Of a stretch of DNA of 64,000 bases, positions 9,727 through 19,826 are shown piece by piece. Location: positions 1,613,844-1,677,843 of the forward strand of contig OZ244861.1 in NCBI GenBank assembly GCA_965221065.1, written 5' to 3'. The stretch is from Dehalococcoidia bacterium. Lineage in GTDB: Bacteria; Chloroflexota; Dehalococcoidia; Bin125. How positions within the stretch are numbered: the stretch's first letter is position 1; every line of letters begins with the position of its first letter. Below the pieces are notes generated by a model, which had not been told where the DNA came from, searched no databases, and saw nothing but the letters and a program-made list of their open reading frames with translations. The translations under genes were made by a program, and so were the position numbers.

Positions 9727-9966
9727 GACGGGCCCGCATCGCCCTGTAGCGTCGCCCCCGACCCCGATCGACTCGACCTCGGCCTCTAGGAACAGGGCCG
9801 TCGTCGACGTAAGCACGTACGTGCGCGGCCTCCCTAGCGGTAAGAGCGCCCCGTCCGGGGTGCCCCGGTAACCGTCGCGATTTGTCCGAGAAAGATGTCG
9901 ATTGAAGGAATATCATGACGATTACGTGACAACTGGCGGGATGGTGGGCGATCGGAGCTAATCATC

Positions 9967-10950
9967 ATGTTGAAACTGAGATCCGGTCGCTTCAACAACT
10001 CCCCCCTGCTCGAAGCACGCCGCACGGATAGCTACCCCTATCCGTACCCCACCGGCTGGTATCGACTGGCGTCGACCGACAGCCTCCGACCGGGCGAGAT
10101 TCGCTACATCGAGTGCCTGGGCAAGCAGTTCGTCCTCTGGCGGGAACGGGCAAGCGGCGAGATTCATCTGATGGACGCGTTCTGCCCGCATCTGGGCGCG
10201 AACCTTGCTCAAGGCCGTGTTCGCGGCGACTGCATCGAGTGCCCGTTTCATCAATGGCAGTTCACGGGGGACGGTTGCGTCGACCAGATTCCCTACAGCC
10301 AACACCCACCGGCAGGCGTTGTGGCTCAGACGTATCCACTGGAAGACGTGCATGGGCAGCTGTTCCTCTATCACCGTGCGGATCATGGAACAGGAGGCGA
10401 AACCGAGCCTCCGCCCTACCAGGTGCCGCGCATCCCTGAAATGGACGACGACCGTTTCGCGTTGCGCGGACATCGCGACGTTGGCCGGGTACGAATGCAC
10501 ATCATCGAGGCAGCTGAAAACGCCGTCGACACTGCTCATTTTCAGCCGCTGCACAGCCAGTTTCGATTGCCCTGGACGCAGGTCCCGATTCCCAATATTG
10601 AGATCGTCCATGACGTCAGATGGCGCCTGGACGAAGAGTCGCCCTGGTTGATGCACTTCGATGACGATGTGCTGCTGCGGATCTTTGGTCGGCTCGCCGA
10701 ACCGACCAGATCGCGTGTCCGGGTGTCGTACTACGGCCCCGGAAGCCTGCTCTTCTTTCGCTTCTCGTTCCCCGGCCGCGGTGACATTGTGATGTACAAG
10801 ACCTTCCTCCCGATTAGCCCACTGGAACAACAGGTTGACTACCGATGGTTCGCCGACCGCAGCATCCCCCGCTGGTTTGTCTGGTACGTGATCGGCAACT
10901 GGGCTTCTCAGCTGCCCCAGGACGTGGCAATCTGGCAGAACAAGACCTAA
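9967..10950 (+). CDS. Rieske [2Fe-2S] non-heme-iron oxygenase (PAO/KshA-like catalytic subunit)
   Basis: Rieske CPHLG...CIECPFH; mononuclear iron motif D-x2-H-x4-H (DTAHFQPLH); GGAG RBS. Confidence 0.8.
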   Translation: MLKLRSGRFNNSPLLEARRTDSYPYPYPTGWYRLASTDSLRPGEIRYIECLGKQFVLWRERASGEIHLMDAFCPHLGANLAQGRVRGDCIECPFHQWQFTGDGCVDQIPYSQHPPAGVVAQTYPLEDVHGQLFLYHRADHGTGGETEPPPYQVPRIPEMDDDRFALRGHRDVGRVRMHIIEAAENAVDTAHFQPLHSQFRLPWTQVPIPNIEIVHDVRWRLDEESPWLMHFDDDVLLRIFGRLAEPTRSRVRVSYYGPGSLLFFRFSFPGRGDIVMYKTFLPISPLEQQVDYRWFADRSIPRWFVWYVIGNWASQLPQDVAIWQNKT

Positions 10951-11102
10951 TTGCGACGGCCAATCCTCTGCCGCGATGACGGCCCGGTTCACCAGATGCG
11001 GCGCTGGTACGGACAGTTCCTGCCCGAGGAGCAAACCGGAACCGATCAGGAGCGAGAATCCGCCCCCCGAGCGCGTTCGGCGCAGGCAGCGGAGTTGGCC
11101 GC

Positions 11103-12719
11103 TTACACGGAATACAGCAGTTCCCCGTCGACGTAGGTCTGCTGCACAACGATCTCCCGGATGTAAGTCGAGTCGACCAGCGTCGGATCGTGGCTCAGCA
11201 CGACCATGTCCGCGCGCTTCCCGACCTCGATCGATCCCACTTCGTGCTCACGGAACATCGCTGCGGCCGAGTTCAACGTGTAGGTGCGCAGCGCCTCGAG
11301 CACTGAGATCGCCTGATCGGCCGCGATCACCGTGCCGTCGTGCGATGTTCGCGTTGTCAGTCCATACAGCCCGAGCAACGGAGGCACCGGCGCGCAGGGG
11401 AAATCGGACCCCGATGCGACGTGGACTCCGGCATCCAACATGGACCGATATGGCATCGGGACCGAGTCAATCCCGGGCTGCGCGGTCATCTGCTCGAAGT
11501 AGTCGCCAATCAGATGCAGGAACGGCGGCTGATGCGAGATCATCACCCCGAGTGACTGGGCACGCTCAATCTGCTCATTCGTCGCGAACATGAAGTGTTC
11601 GATCCTGAAGCGGCGATCGTCCCCCGGCGTCTCTCGCAGCGCCCGCTCGAATGCGTTCAACCCCTGTTCGACCGCCCGGTTTCCAATGCAGTGAATCGCC
11701 ACCTGCAGTCCGCGCGACGCCGCATCGAGTACGAGGTGATCGACCTCTTCCTGCCCGTAGTAGGGCTCCCCCACGGACTCGGTCGTCCCGTCGGGATGGC
11801 AGAGCTCCATCGCCGGAGAGGGCCACACCGGATCCATGAAGATCTTGACAATCCCGCCGCGCAGACGGTCCGAGACGTCGTCTTCCATGTACGCGCCGCC
11901 AGCGGCGTCCTCCGGTGCCGCGAAGAATCCGGGACCGCCGCGCATCTGGTGAATGGCGATCGGCAACTGGCCGCGCTCGTCCGTCAGCCGATAGATCTCC
12001 GCGCTCTCGGGCATCACCAGCGCATCTCCGACGCTCGTGATCCCGTGCGAAACGTGACGCAACGAGTTCTGTTCCACTAGTCCCGCCACCACGTCGGGCC
12101 CGAACGTGTCGATGTACGAGCGCATCGTCGCATGATGAACCGGGTCCATCGCACGCTCCCAGAGCACGCCGTTCGGCTCACCGCCGTCGTCGTGCAGGAT
12201 GTTCCCACCCCGCGGATCGGGCGTGTCGCGATCAATGCCCACCAGAGCCAGCGCCGCCGAGTTGGCGTAGCAGGCGTGATACGACGAATCCATCACGCAG
12301 ACCGGATTGTGCGGCGCGACCTCGTCCAGCTCGTGCCGGAACAGCACGTCGTCGCTGACAACGCCGGGTTCGGTCTGCGAGAATCCGAGTCCCCAGATCC
12401 ACTGACCCTCCGGGCTGCCCGAAGCCGCCGCCGCGAGCGCGTCGAGCACCGCAGCCTTGTTCGCCAACGGCGGCCGGCGGCAGTCGACCGATCGCGGCTC
12501 AAACGTCGTCATCGAGAAGTGGTTGTGCGGATCGCAGAACCCCGGAACCAGCGACCGGCCCCTCAGATCGACGTGAGTCGCATCGGGGCCGACCGCGTTG
12601 CGAGCTAGGGCGCTGTCGCCGACCGCCACGATCCGCCCATCGCGCACGGCGACGCCGGAGGCGATCCGATCCATGGCATCGATCGTCAGCACGCGTCCAC
12701 CGGTGAATAGCAGTTCCAT
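11103..12719 (-). CDS. amidohydrolase-3 family metal-dependent hydrolase (paralog B)
   Basis: 538 aa; same N- and C-termini as paralog A (MELLFTGGRVLT...YVDGELLYSV); AGGAGG RBS. Confidence 0.85.
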   Translation of the reverse strand: MELLFTGGRVLTIDAMDRIASGVAVRDGRIVAVGDSALARNAVGPDATHVDLRGRSLVPGFCDPHNHFSMTTFEPRSVDCRRPPLANKAAVLDALAAAASGSPEGQWIWGLGFSQTEPGVVSDDVLFRHELDEVAPHNPVCVMDSSYHACYANSAALALVGIDRDTPDPRGGNILHDDGGEPNGVLWERAMDPVHHATMRSYIDTFGPDVVAGLVEQNSLRHVSHGITSVGDALVMPESAEIYRLTDERGQLPIAIHQMRGGPGFFAAPEDAAGGAYMEDDVSDRLRGGIVKIFMDPVWPSPAMELCHPDGTTESVGEPYYGQEEVDHLVLDAASRGLQVAIHCIGNRAVEQGLNAFERALRETPGDDRRFRIEHFMFATNEQIERAQSLGVMISHQPPFLHLIGDYFEQMTAQPGIDSVPMPYRSMLDAGVHVASGSDFPCAPVPPLLGLYGLTTRTSHDGTVIAADQAISVLEALRTYTLNSAAAMFREHEVGSIEVGKRADMVVLSHDPTLVDSTYIREIVVQQTYVDGELLYSV

Positions 12720-12786
12720 GTTCGGCTCCTCCTAGACGCTCTTCGCGCCATCCGAGACTAACGTTCTCGGCGGCCCGGAGACTCTG

Positions 12787-13890
12787 GTGCCGCAGCCGCC
12801 CTATACTCGCGCCGATTGGCGGCCGCAAACACCGATGCCTGTAGGTTCCACACGTCGAGTCGGGATATTCGGGACGGGCTGGGGCACGCGCGTCTCCGTG
12901 CCCGCCTTCCGCGAAGCCGGCTGGGAAGTGGCCGGCCTCTGGAGCCGCCGGCCTGACCGCGCCGCCCACTTCGCCGAGCGACTGCAGATTCCCTACGCCA
13001 CGGGAGATGCGCAGGCACTCATCGAACGACCCGAGCTTGACGCGGTCGCGATCCACACCCCGCCGCACATGCACCTCGACCTCTGTCGAGCCGCCTTCGA
13101 CGCCGGCAAGCACGTGCTCTGCGACAAACCCTTCGCGACCAACATCCCCGATGCCGAAGCGATGCTCCAGGCAGCCGAAGCGTCGGGACTCACCGCGATG
13201 GTCAACTACGAGTTCCGTTTCGCGCCGCTGCGTCAGCAGATTCAACGCCTGATCGCTGAAGGCGAAATCGGCGACATCCGTCACGTCAGCCACGACCTGC
13301 AAACCACAAACCCGATGCTCGAGTTCCAACGTCCCTGGCGGCTCGACCCCGCCCACGGCGGCGGGCTCGTCAACGAGCTCGGGTCGCACGCCATCGATCG
13401 CCTCCGCCAGTGGTTCGGCGAACTGGCCGCGGTCTCTGCGCGAATGGACTCCTTTCCCGAGCAGGAGTTGGATCCACAGTTCACCAGCGAGGACCACATC
13501 AGCGCCACCTTCGAGTTCGCCAACGGCACCATCGCAACCCTCTCGATGTCATGGGTCACCAACCCGCCCCAGGGCATGCGCATCGTCATCGCCGGTTCGG
13601 ACGGAACCATCTTGGCGACATCGCCGGGCATGATGCTGTCGGACGGCGAAGTCTTCCTCGGCCGATCCGGCGAGGACGGTCTGAGTCCCGTCGAGCCTCC
13701 GCTCGATCAGCCGGCATTCGCCGCCGGTGGAGCCATCACCACCTCGGCACGGCTGATCGACGCGTTCGCCGAGGGCATCGACAGCGGCCGGTCACCGTCA
13801 CCGAACTTCCAGGACGGACTGCAATCCCAGATCGCGATCGAGGCGATGCGGGAATCAAACGCGACCGGCCGGATCGTCCGACTCGCTTAG
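12787..13890 (+). CDS. Gfo/Idh/MocA family NAD(P)-dependent oxidoreductase
   Basis: Rossmann GIFGTGWG; GTG start after GGAG (alternative ATG at 12835). Confidence 0.8.
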   Translation: MPQPPYTRADWRPQTPMPVGSTRRVGIFGTGWGTRVSVPAFREAGWEVAGLWSRRPDRAAHFAERLQIPYATGDAQALIERPELDAVAIHTPPHMHLDLCRAAFDAGKHVLCDKPFATNIPDAEAMLQAAEASGLTAMVNYEFRFAPLRQQIQRLIAEGEIGDIRHVSHDLQTTNPMLEFQRPWRLDPAHGGGLVNELGSHAIDRLRQWFGELAAVSARMDSFPEQELDPQFTSEDHISATFEFANGTIATLSMSWVTNPPQGMRIVIAGSDGTILATSPGMMLSDGEVFLGRSGEDGLSPVEPPLDQPAFAAGGAITTSARLIDAFAEGIDSGRSPSPNFQDGLQSQIAIEAMRESNATGRIVRLA

Positions 13891-14771
13891 TCGTCGCCGT
13901 TGCGCAGCTCAAAGCTCACGGAGGTCGGGTCCTCGACGCCTTCCTTGACCGGAATCAGCTCCCCGTCCGGGCGCGGATGATGGACCCAGTGGCCGGTCGG
14001 CTCCGACCCTCGGCAGATGATCGAGTTCTCGTTCCAGCCGTTGTACGCGCGCACATCCTTCGACAGATAGCGCATCGCCAGGCCGCAGCGCCGGCGGTTC
14101 GACTCGTTCGGGTCCGAGCCGTGCAGTGCCCAGTCGCTGTGCAATGAAATCTGCCCGGCCTTCAACTCCAGCGCGACCGGCGCGTCACCGTAATCCTCGG
14201 GGTTGTCGACGGTCTGGTTGAGCACGTTGTGTTCCTCGGCCGTGCTGTCCCGGAATCCCACCTGCGCGTTGAGGTGTGACCCGGGAATCACCTGCATCGC
14301 CCCGTTGCCGACATCAGAGTCGTCGATCGCCAACCAGGCCGAGACGACCTTGCTCGGTGTCAACGGCCAGTACGACGCGTCCTGATGCCAACTCACCCGC
14401 ATCCCGTCGCCCGGCAGTTTGGCGAAGAAATGACTGTGCCGCAGGATCACCGTCTCGCCCAGCATGTCCTCCATGATGTCGAGGATTCGGCTGTCCGTGA
14501 CGATGTCCCACACACCCTGGCAGTGCTTGTGCCAGTTGGTCAGTTCGTAGCTGTTCCAGCCCGCCTCCAGCGCCTTGGGCAGCAGATCGTCGAAATATCC
14601 CCGGATCGACTCGATCTCCGACTGCGAGAAGATGTCGATCGGAAAGACATAGCCCTTGTCGTTGTATTGCTCGATCTGATCCGTGCTCAGATTGGCGGGC
14701 TCGTCGACGCCCAGGGGGAAGAACCGCAGGTCGCGTTCGAGTTCGGGAAAAGCGTTCGTGCGTTCTGCCAT
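13887..14771 (-). CDS. phytanoyl-CoA dioxygenase (PhyH) family Fe(II)/2OG oxygenase
   Basis: 294 aa; PhyH-like H..D...H motifs; 4-bp convergent overlap with the previous gene. Confidence 0.8.
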   Translation of the reverse strand: MAERTNAFPELERDLRFFPLGVDEPANLSTDQIEQYNDKGYVFPIDIFSQSEIESIRGYFDDLLPKALEAGWNSYELTNWHKHCQGVWDIVTDSRILDIMEDMLGETVILRHSHFFAKLPGDGMRVSWHQDASYWPLTPSKVVSAWLAIDDSDVGNGAMQVIPGSHLNAQVGFRDSTAEEHNVLNQTVDNPEDYGDAPVALELKAGQISLHSDWALHGSDPNESNRRRCGLAMRYLSKDVRAYNGWNENSIICRGSEPTGHWVHHPRPDGELIPVKEGVEDPTSVSFELRNGDD

Positions 14772-14866
14772 CGGTGCGAGCCCTCATTCCCACGTCTGAT
14801 CGCTTGACTCCCGCAATGTAGCCAATAGGCCCCTTGCTCCACCGGTTTGTATAGAGGTTCGCAGCG

Positions 14867-16609
14867 TCACAACCTGCGTTGGCCTGCGCCGCGATTGCCG
14901 ACAGCGGAACGTTGAGGCCGGATTCGGGCTACCGGTGCGGGATCGTCCGTCCAGCCCGCACGCTGTGTGCCGTTCCCGCCGGCGCCGTTGGCGATCGCCG
15001 CCGCCTCCGGCGGCGGTCCGAGCGCGCCTTCAGGAACTTCGGGCAAGTCGTGTTCGCCGGTGCGCAGCCGCTTCTCTCGCAGGGTCAACACAGCGACCAA
15101 TGAGATCGCGCCGACGCCGACCGAGATCCAGAAGTTGTTGGTAATCGCGACAGCCAGCGCCTCGGGCAGCGTGGTCAGGATCTGGACCACACCCGCTTCG
15201 CCGATCTCCGCCAGCAGACCCGCCCGGGCTTCCTCGTTCAGAAGCTGCGTCGGATCCGCGTGCGCGGCCAGGTCGGCGGGCAGCCGTGCGGCCAGTTCGC
15301 TCGTCAGCCGCCCCGTAACCAGCGCGCCAATCAGGGTCACGCCGATGATCCCGCCGATCTCCTGGAAGAACTGCGTCGCCCCCGAAACGGTGCCGAGCAT
15401 TCGCTGCGGCAGCGCGTTCTGCGCCGCGGTCATCACCGACGGGAAGAGCAATCCCAGCCCGCTGCCGAACAGCATCAGCCGCCAGACCACGTCAACGGCG
15501 CCCGACTCGGCGCTGAGCTGCGTCATCAACCAGGCGCCGACGGCGATCACCACACTGGCGATGATCGCGAGGATCTTGTACCGGCCGGTACGTGACATGA
15601 CCTGCCCGGCGAGCGAGGCCATCACCACCATCGAAACGATCTCGGTGCTCAACAGCAACCCCGAGGCGGTCGGCGAATAACCAAGTACGCCCTGCATGAA
15701 ATAGGCGAGAAAGAACGCCACCCCGAACAGCCCGCCGCCGGTAGCCATCATCACGATCGCCGCCACCCGGAACGTGTGATCGCGGAACAGCGTCCCCGGC
15801 AAGATTGGTTCTTTCGCGGCACGCTCGGCCGCCGCGAAGGCAAGCACGCCGACAAGTGACAGCCCGAACAGCGCCAGCGTCTTCAGGTCGAGCCACGCGG
15901 TCCCCGTCGAAACCAGGGCCAGCGCCAGCATCGCCGGCATCAGCATCAGCAGCATCGCCGCGATACCCAGCCAGTCGATGATCACCTTGCGTGGCGGCGG
16001 CCTCAGCCAGGGCATGATGAACGCGATCGAGGCGAAGGCCAGCGCCGCGAGCGGCAGGATCGACCAGAACACCCAACGCCAGTTCAGCGCGTCCACGATC
16101 AGCCCGCCCAGCAGCGGCCCGACCAACCCGCCGACCCCGAACACGGCCGCGAAGATGCCCATGTACTTCGCTCGCTCGGCCGGCGGGAACAGATCGCCCG
16201 AGATCGAGAACGAGTTGCCCATCAGGATCCCGCCGCCGATACCCTGCAGCGCCCGAAAGCCGATCAGCATCTCCATCGAGGTGGCAATCCCGGCCAACGC
16301 CGTCGCGCCCGCGAAGATCACCAGTCCGCCGAGCAGGAACGGCTTGCGACCGTAGACATCCGACAGCCGCCCCGCGATCGCCACCGCAGGCATGGACGTC
16401 GCCATGAAGGCCGACTCCATGAACGCGATCAGATCGAAGCGGCCCAGGTCCGCCGCGATCACCGGCGTCGCCGTCGCGACGATCGAGTGCTGCACTGCCG
16501 AGAGGAACATCGCCACGACAGCGCTGCCGAGAATCAGCATCTTGGTGCGATGCGGCAGCGCGAAGCCGACCGTGGCGGCTGTCGGAGCGTGGGCGTCGAC
16601 GTGGCTCAT
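14867..16609 (-). CDS. MFS transporter, DHA2 (14-TMS) drug/H+ antiporter family, with C-terminal tail
   Basis: MFS signature GRLSDVYGRKP; 14 predicted TMs; Ala/Pro/Gly-rich C-terminus. Confidence 0.85.
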   Translation of the reverse strand: MSHVDAHAPTAATVGFALPHRTKMLILGSAVVAMFLSAVQHSIVATATPVIAADLGRFDLIAFMESAFMATSMPAVAIAGRLSDVYGRKPFLLGGLVIFAGATALAGIATSMEMLIGFRALQGIGGGILMGNSFSISGDLFPPAERAKYMGIFAAVFGVGGLVGPLLGGLIVDALNWRWVFWSILPLAALAFASIAFIMPWLRPPPRKVIIDWLGIAAMLLMLMPAMLALALVSTGTAWLDLKTLALFGLSLVGVLAFAAAERAAKEPILPGTLFRDHTFRVAAIVMMATGGGLFGVAFFLAYFMQGVLGYSPTASGLLLSTEIVSMVVMASLAGQVMSRTGRYKILAIIASVVIAVGAWLMTQLSAESGAVDVVWRLMLFGSGLGLLFPSVMTAAQNALPQRMLGTVSGATQFFQEIGGIIGVTLIGALVTGRLTSELAARLPADLAAHADPTQLLNEEARAGLLAEIGEAGVVQILTTLPEALAVAITNNFWISVGVGAISLVAVLTLREKRLRTGEHDLPEVPEGALGPPPEAAAIANGAGGNGTQRAGWTDDPAPVARIRPQRSAVGNRGAGQRRL

Positions 16610-16721
16610 CAGGGGTCCAACGACACGGTCTCGGCAAAGCCCAGACCAGCGTCGAACATATCACCAGATCGGAACCGCGATCCGATCCGATGTTGCACTC
16701 GACCGCACCCGGTTGCCACCC

Positions 16722-17633
16722 TTATGCGTGGAGGTGCTCCTTGAGGAAGTCAACCTCCGCCCGCTTGTACGCGTCGTCGCCGTCGCTCAGCGCGAGCAAA
16801 TGCCAGCCCTTCTCCACCGTGAACAACTCCGCCCCGGCAATCTCAGAAGCCGCCTCCTCGGCGTGACGATAGGGGACATCGCCGTCGTGCGTGCCGTGCA
16901 CGATCAGCGCGGGACAGCGCACCTGCTCGAGCGGCAGCCGGTCGATCGCGGCGAACTGCTCCATGTCGTTCTCGAATCCAGGGCGCAACAGATCGAACGG
17001 CGCATTGGCCGACAACAGCCGCAGCAGCTCCATCTTGCGCGGACTGGCGAGCACATCGTCTGCAATGCGCGACTGATCGGCAGGGTCAAGCGTGCTCTCG
17101 ATCCTGACAAACTGACTGACCGCGAAGCGCGGCGCGAATCGCATCAGCAGACCCTGAAGCCAGAACACGAACGAGTTCATGGTCAGCGCAACGGTCAGAT
17201 CCGAGACCGCCGGCGTGTATCGCTGCGAAATCGCAACTTCAAGGATCAGGGCCTTGGTTCGTTCCGGATGGCGCGCAGCAAACTCGATGCTGCTCGGTCC
17301 CCCGCCGGAAATCCCGTACACCGCGACTTCGTCGATCTCCAGCGCATCAAGCAACGCGGCCGCCGCGTCGGCCTGTTCGCCGAATGTCCGCCCGGTCGCC
17401 AGCGGCGTCCGCAGATATCCCGGCCGCGACGGCGTGATCGTGCCGAACCCCGCCTCCTCCAACGGTGCGCCAATGAAACTCGCGTTGTGTCCCTGGGGCG
17501 TGCCGTGCATGATCAGCACGTAGGGCGCCCCGCCGTGGCGAGCGAACTCGACCGGTCCACGCGACGTGTCGACGACCTCGGAGGCAGCGTTCAACGCCGC
17601 AATCTTCGCCCGTCGTCCGCTGCCGAACACCAT
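16722..17633 (-). CDS. alpha/beta hydrolase
   Basis: HGTPQGH...GISGGG nucleophile elbow. Confidence 0.7.
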   Translation of the reverse strand: MVFGSGRRAKIAALNAASEVVDTSRGPVEFARHGGAPYVLIMHGTPQGHNASFIGAPLEEAGFGTITPSRPGYLRTPLATGRTFGEQADAAAALLDALEIDEVAVYGISGGGPSSIEFAARHPERTKALILEVAISQRYTPAVSDLTVALTMNSFVFWLQGLLMRFAPRFAVSQFVRIESTLDPADQSRIADDVLASPRKMELLRLLSANAPFDLLRPGFENDMEQFAAIDRLPLEQVRCPALIVHGTHDGDVPYRHAEEAASEIAGAELFTVEKGWHLLALSDGDDAYKRAEVDFLKEHLHA

Positions 17634-17720
17634 CGCCGGCCTCCCGTCCCGTGCGCCGTTCCGGCGCCGAAACTGCGTTGATTCCGCCGATCAGTATGCG
17701 CGATCGCAATCGCACAACGG

Positions 17721-19628
17721 CTACTCAAGCGATGACTCAAGCGTCGCCACAAGCGGCAGGTGATCGCTCGCCGTCGTGGCAGGCGCATACACATCGACGA
17801 ACGAAAAGTGCGAGGTCGTCAGCACGTAGTCAATCTGACGCCTCGCTCCGTCCGCCGGGTAGGTGGCTACCGGCGGCTGCACCGTCGACAGCCCGGCCGA
17901 TCTCAGCAGCCGAAGCTCCTCATGATGCGGCTGGGCGTTGAGATCGCCGAGCAGGATCGTCGGCTGAGCCCAGTCGATACCATCAAGCAGCGCCCGGACC
18001 TGGGGCAGCCGATGCCGAGACTCACGCTCAAGGTGGTGCAGGTGAGTCGCGACCACCTGCACGTCTCGCTCACCCAGATCAATCCTGGCCACCATGTACG
18101 CCCGCTCGAAGAGCAGATCGTCGTTGTTGGGCATCGGCCGATTGACAACATCGAGAATCGGGTAGCGGCTCAGAATCGCGTTGCCCCAGTTCGGATCCGC
18201 CGCAGGACCCCACGCGGAATACATCCGTAGACGCTGAGCCAACCAGCTCAGCGCATCGACAGACCCGTTCACAACCCAGCCGCGCGGCACCTCCTGCAGC
18301 GCAACAACCTGGGCCTGCGACTCCTCGATCGCGAGCGCGATCCCCTCCAGGTCGTGCCGGCCGTATATGTCGAATCCCTGGTGAATGTTGTACGTGGCAA
18401 CCCGCAACCGATCCCCGTCCGGCGGACCGGCCGGTTCGTCCCAGGTCAACACGTGATGCAGCGGCAGCAGGAGCAGCAGCAACGCAGCAACGCCGACCCA
18501 CTTCGCTCCCGACCAATCGGTCGCCGCAGTGCCGCGACCCGACGCCAGCGCCGGCACAGCGACGACTGCCGCCGCCGCGAGCGGAAGCACCCACTGAGGA
18601 ATCCCGACGTCGATTTCATAGTGCGCGTACCAACCGAACAGGACAACAGGTATGGCCATCATGCCGAGTGCCATGCTCAGCCAACCACCCCGACCGCCAG
18701 CGCGCCCAGCGACGCCAGCGAGGCCGGCAACAAACGACAGCGCGATCGCAGCCGGTCCGAGCAACGCGCCCAGCGCGGCCAGCCAGGCCGGAGGAGTCGG
18801 CGCCACCGCCACGATCAGCGCCGCCGCCGCAGCGACGCGCATCCAACGGTGTTGACCCAAACCTTGCCGCCCGAATGCAACCACGACCCACAGCGCCGCC
18901 ACGTTTGCCAGCGTCGTCCAGGCGAACACCGCCGGCAACGACCAGCCGATCACCGCCGCATGATTCCCAAGATTCTGGAAGATCAACAGGTGCAATGCGA
19001 TCGCGGGCCCAACCACGAACGCCGACCCCGGCTCCGAACCGCCATTCACCACATCGTCGACCACATCGCCCGAAGAGCGGCCCAACCACACCACCAACGA
19101 GAGCACACCAACCGTCAGAGCAATCGTCAAGAGCTGCGGCGCAAGTCCGGCCGCCGAGCCGAGGTCGAGTGTGCCAAACGCACCCTTAATCGCCGTATCT
19201 ACCGCCAGCCCCAACACCAGCGCCAACACGCCCGTCGGCCCCACCCGCGACTCATCGCCGAGACCACGCAGGAACAACAACGGAATCAACCACAGCCAGA
19301 CCACCACCCCCGCAATAGCGATCGCCAGTCGCGCGTCGGGCTCGGACACAAACTGCTCTGACAGCCGCAACAGCGCCAGCACAACCACGAGGCTCAGGAA
19401 CGCGCGCCGCGCTCCCAGACCGCGCCGCACCACCGGAGCCGCGAACGCCGTCGCGAACATCGCAAAGATCAGGATCGCCAGATGCCCCGGCGACACATCC
19501 TGCACCTGCCCCAGATACACCGCAAGCCCCGACACCAGGCTCCGCAACAACTGAAGCCCGGCGACGAAGGCGAGGGCCGAGATCAGTAGCGGGATGAACG
19601 GAGCGGCGGATGTTGGGCGTCGAGTCAC
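17721..19628 (-). CDS. polytopic membrane protein with C-terminal endonuclease/exonuclease/phosphatase (EEP) domain
   Basis: About 10 TM segments, then LRVATYNIHQG...VVALQEV EEP motifs; GTG start, position uncertain. Confidence 0.7.
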   Translation of the reverse strand: MTRRPTSAAPFIPLLISALAFVAGLQLLRSLVSGLAVYLGQVQDVSPGHLAILIFAMFATAFAAPVVRRGLGARRAFLSLVVVLALLRLSEQFVSEPDARLAIAIAGVVVWLWLIPLLFLRGLGDESRVGPTGVLALVLGLAVDTAIKGAFGTLDLGSAAGLAPQLLTIALTVGVLSLVVWLGRSSGDVVDDVVNGGSEPGSAFVVGPAIALHLLIFQNLGNHAAVIGWSLPAVFAWTTLANVAALWVVVAFGRQGLGQHRWMRVAAAAALIVAVAPTPPAWLAALGALLGPAAIALSFVAGLAGVAGRAGGRGGWLSMALGMMAIPVVLFGWYAHYEIDVGIPQWVLPLAAAAVVAVPALASGRGTAATDWSGAKWVGVAALLLLLLPLHHVLTWDEPAGPPDGDRLRVATYNIHQGFDIYGRHDLEGIALAIEESQAQVVALQEVPRGWVVNGSVDALSWLAQRLRMYSAWGPAADPNWGNAILSRYPILDVVNRPMPNNDDLLFERAYMVARIDLGERDVQVVATHLHHLERESRHRLPQVRALLDGIDWAQPTILLGDLNAQPHHEELRLLRSAGLSTVQPPVATYPADGARRQIDYVLTTSHFSFVDVYAPATTASDHLPLVATLESSLE

Positions 19629-19727
19629 TCAGACTCGAAGGTACCCCGGTGGGCGTCGCGGCGCGGTGGCCGATTCGACCGGCTTCGCTGCCCGACCGGC
19701 AGATTGAAAGTTACGCTTTCACGTTGC

Positions 19728-19755
19728 CATCCCAATTCTTACAATACCTCGAGGA
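19728..19755 (+). promoter_or_regulatory. putative sigma70-like promoter (TTCACG-N16-TACAAT) in AT-rich stretch upstream of the AAA ATPase gene
   Basis: 19.70-19.83 kb is about 45% GC against a 68% background; -10 TACAAT at 19750. Confidence 0.3.
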
Positions 19756-19826
19756 AAATAGGAAATTGGGTTGGCATATTGAAGATGGACCTTTCAATAT
19801 GCACGAAACGCGGCTACGATGGAATC

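Noticed and set aside
10951-11136. ORF continuing in the same frame directly after the Rieske oxygenase TAA stop
   Set aside because: It overlaps the 3' end of the convergent amidohydrolase gene, has no RBS or recognisable domain, and the Rieske protein is plausible as it stands. This is most likely chance read-through frame in GC-rich DNA, although a recent nonsense mutation cannot be fully excluded.
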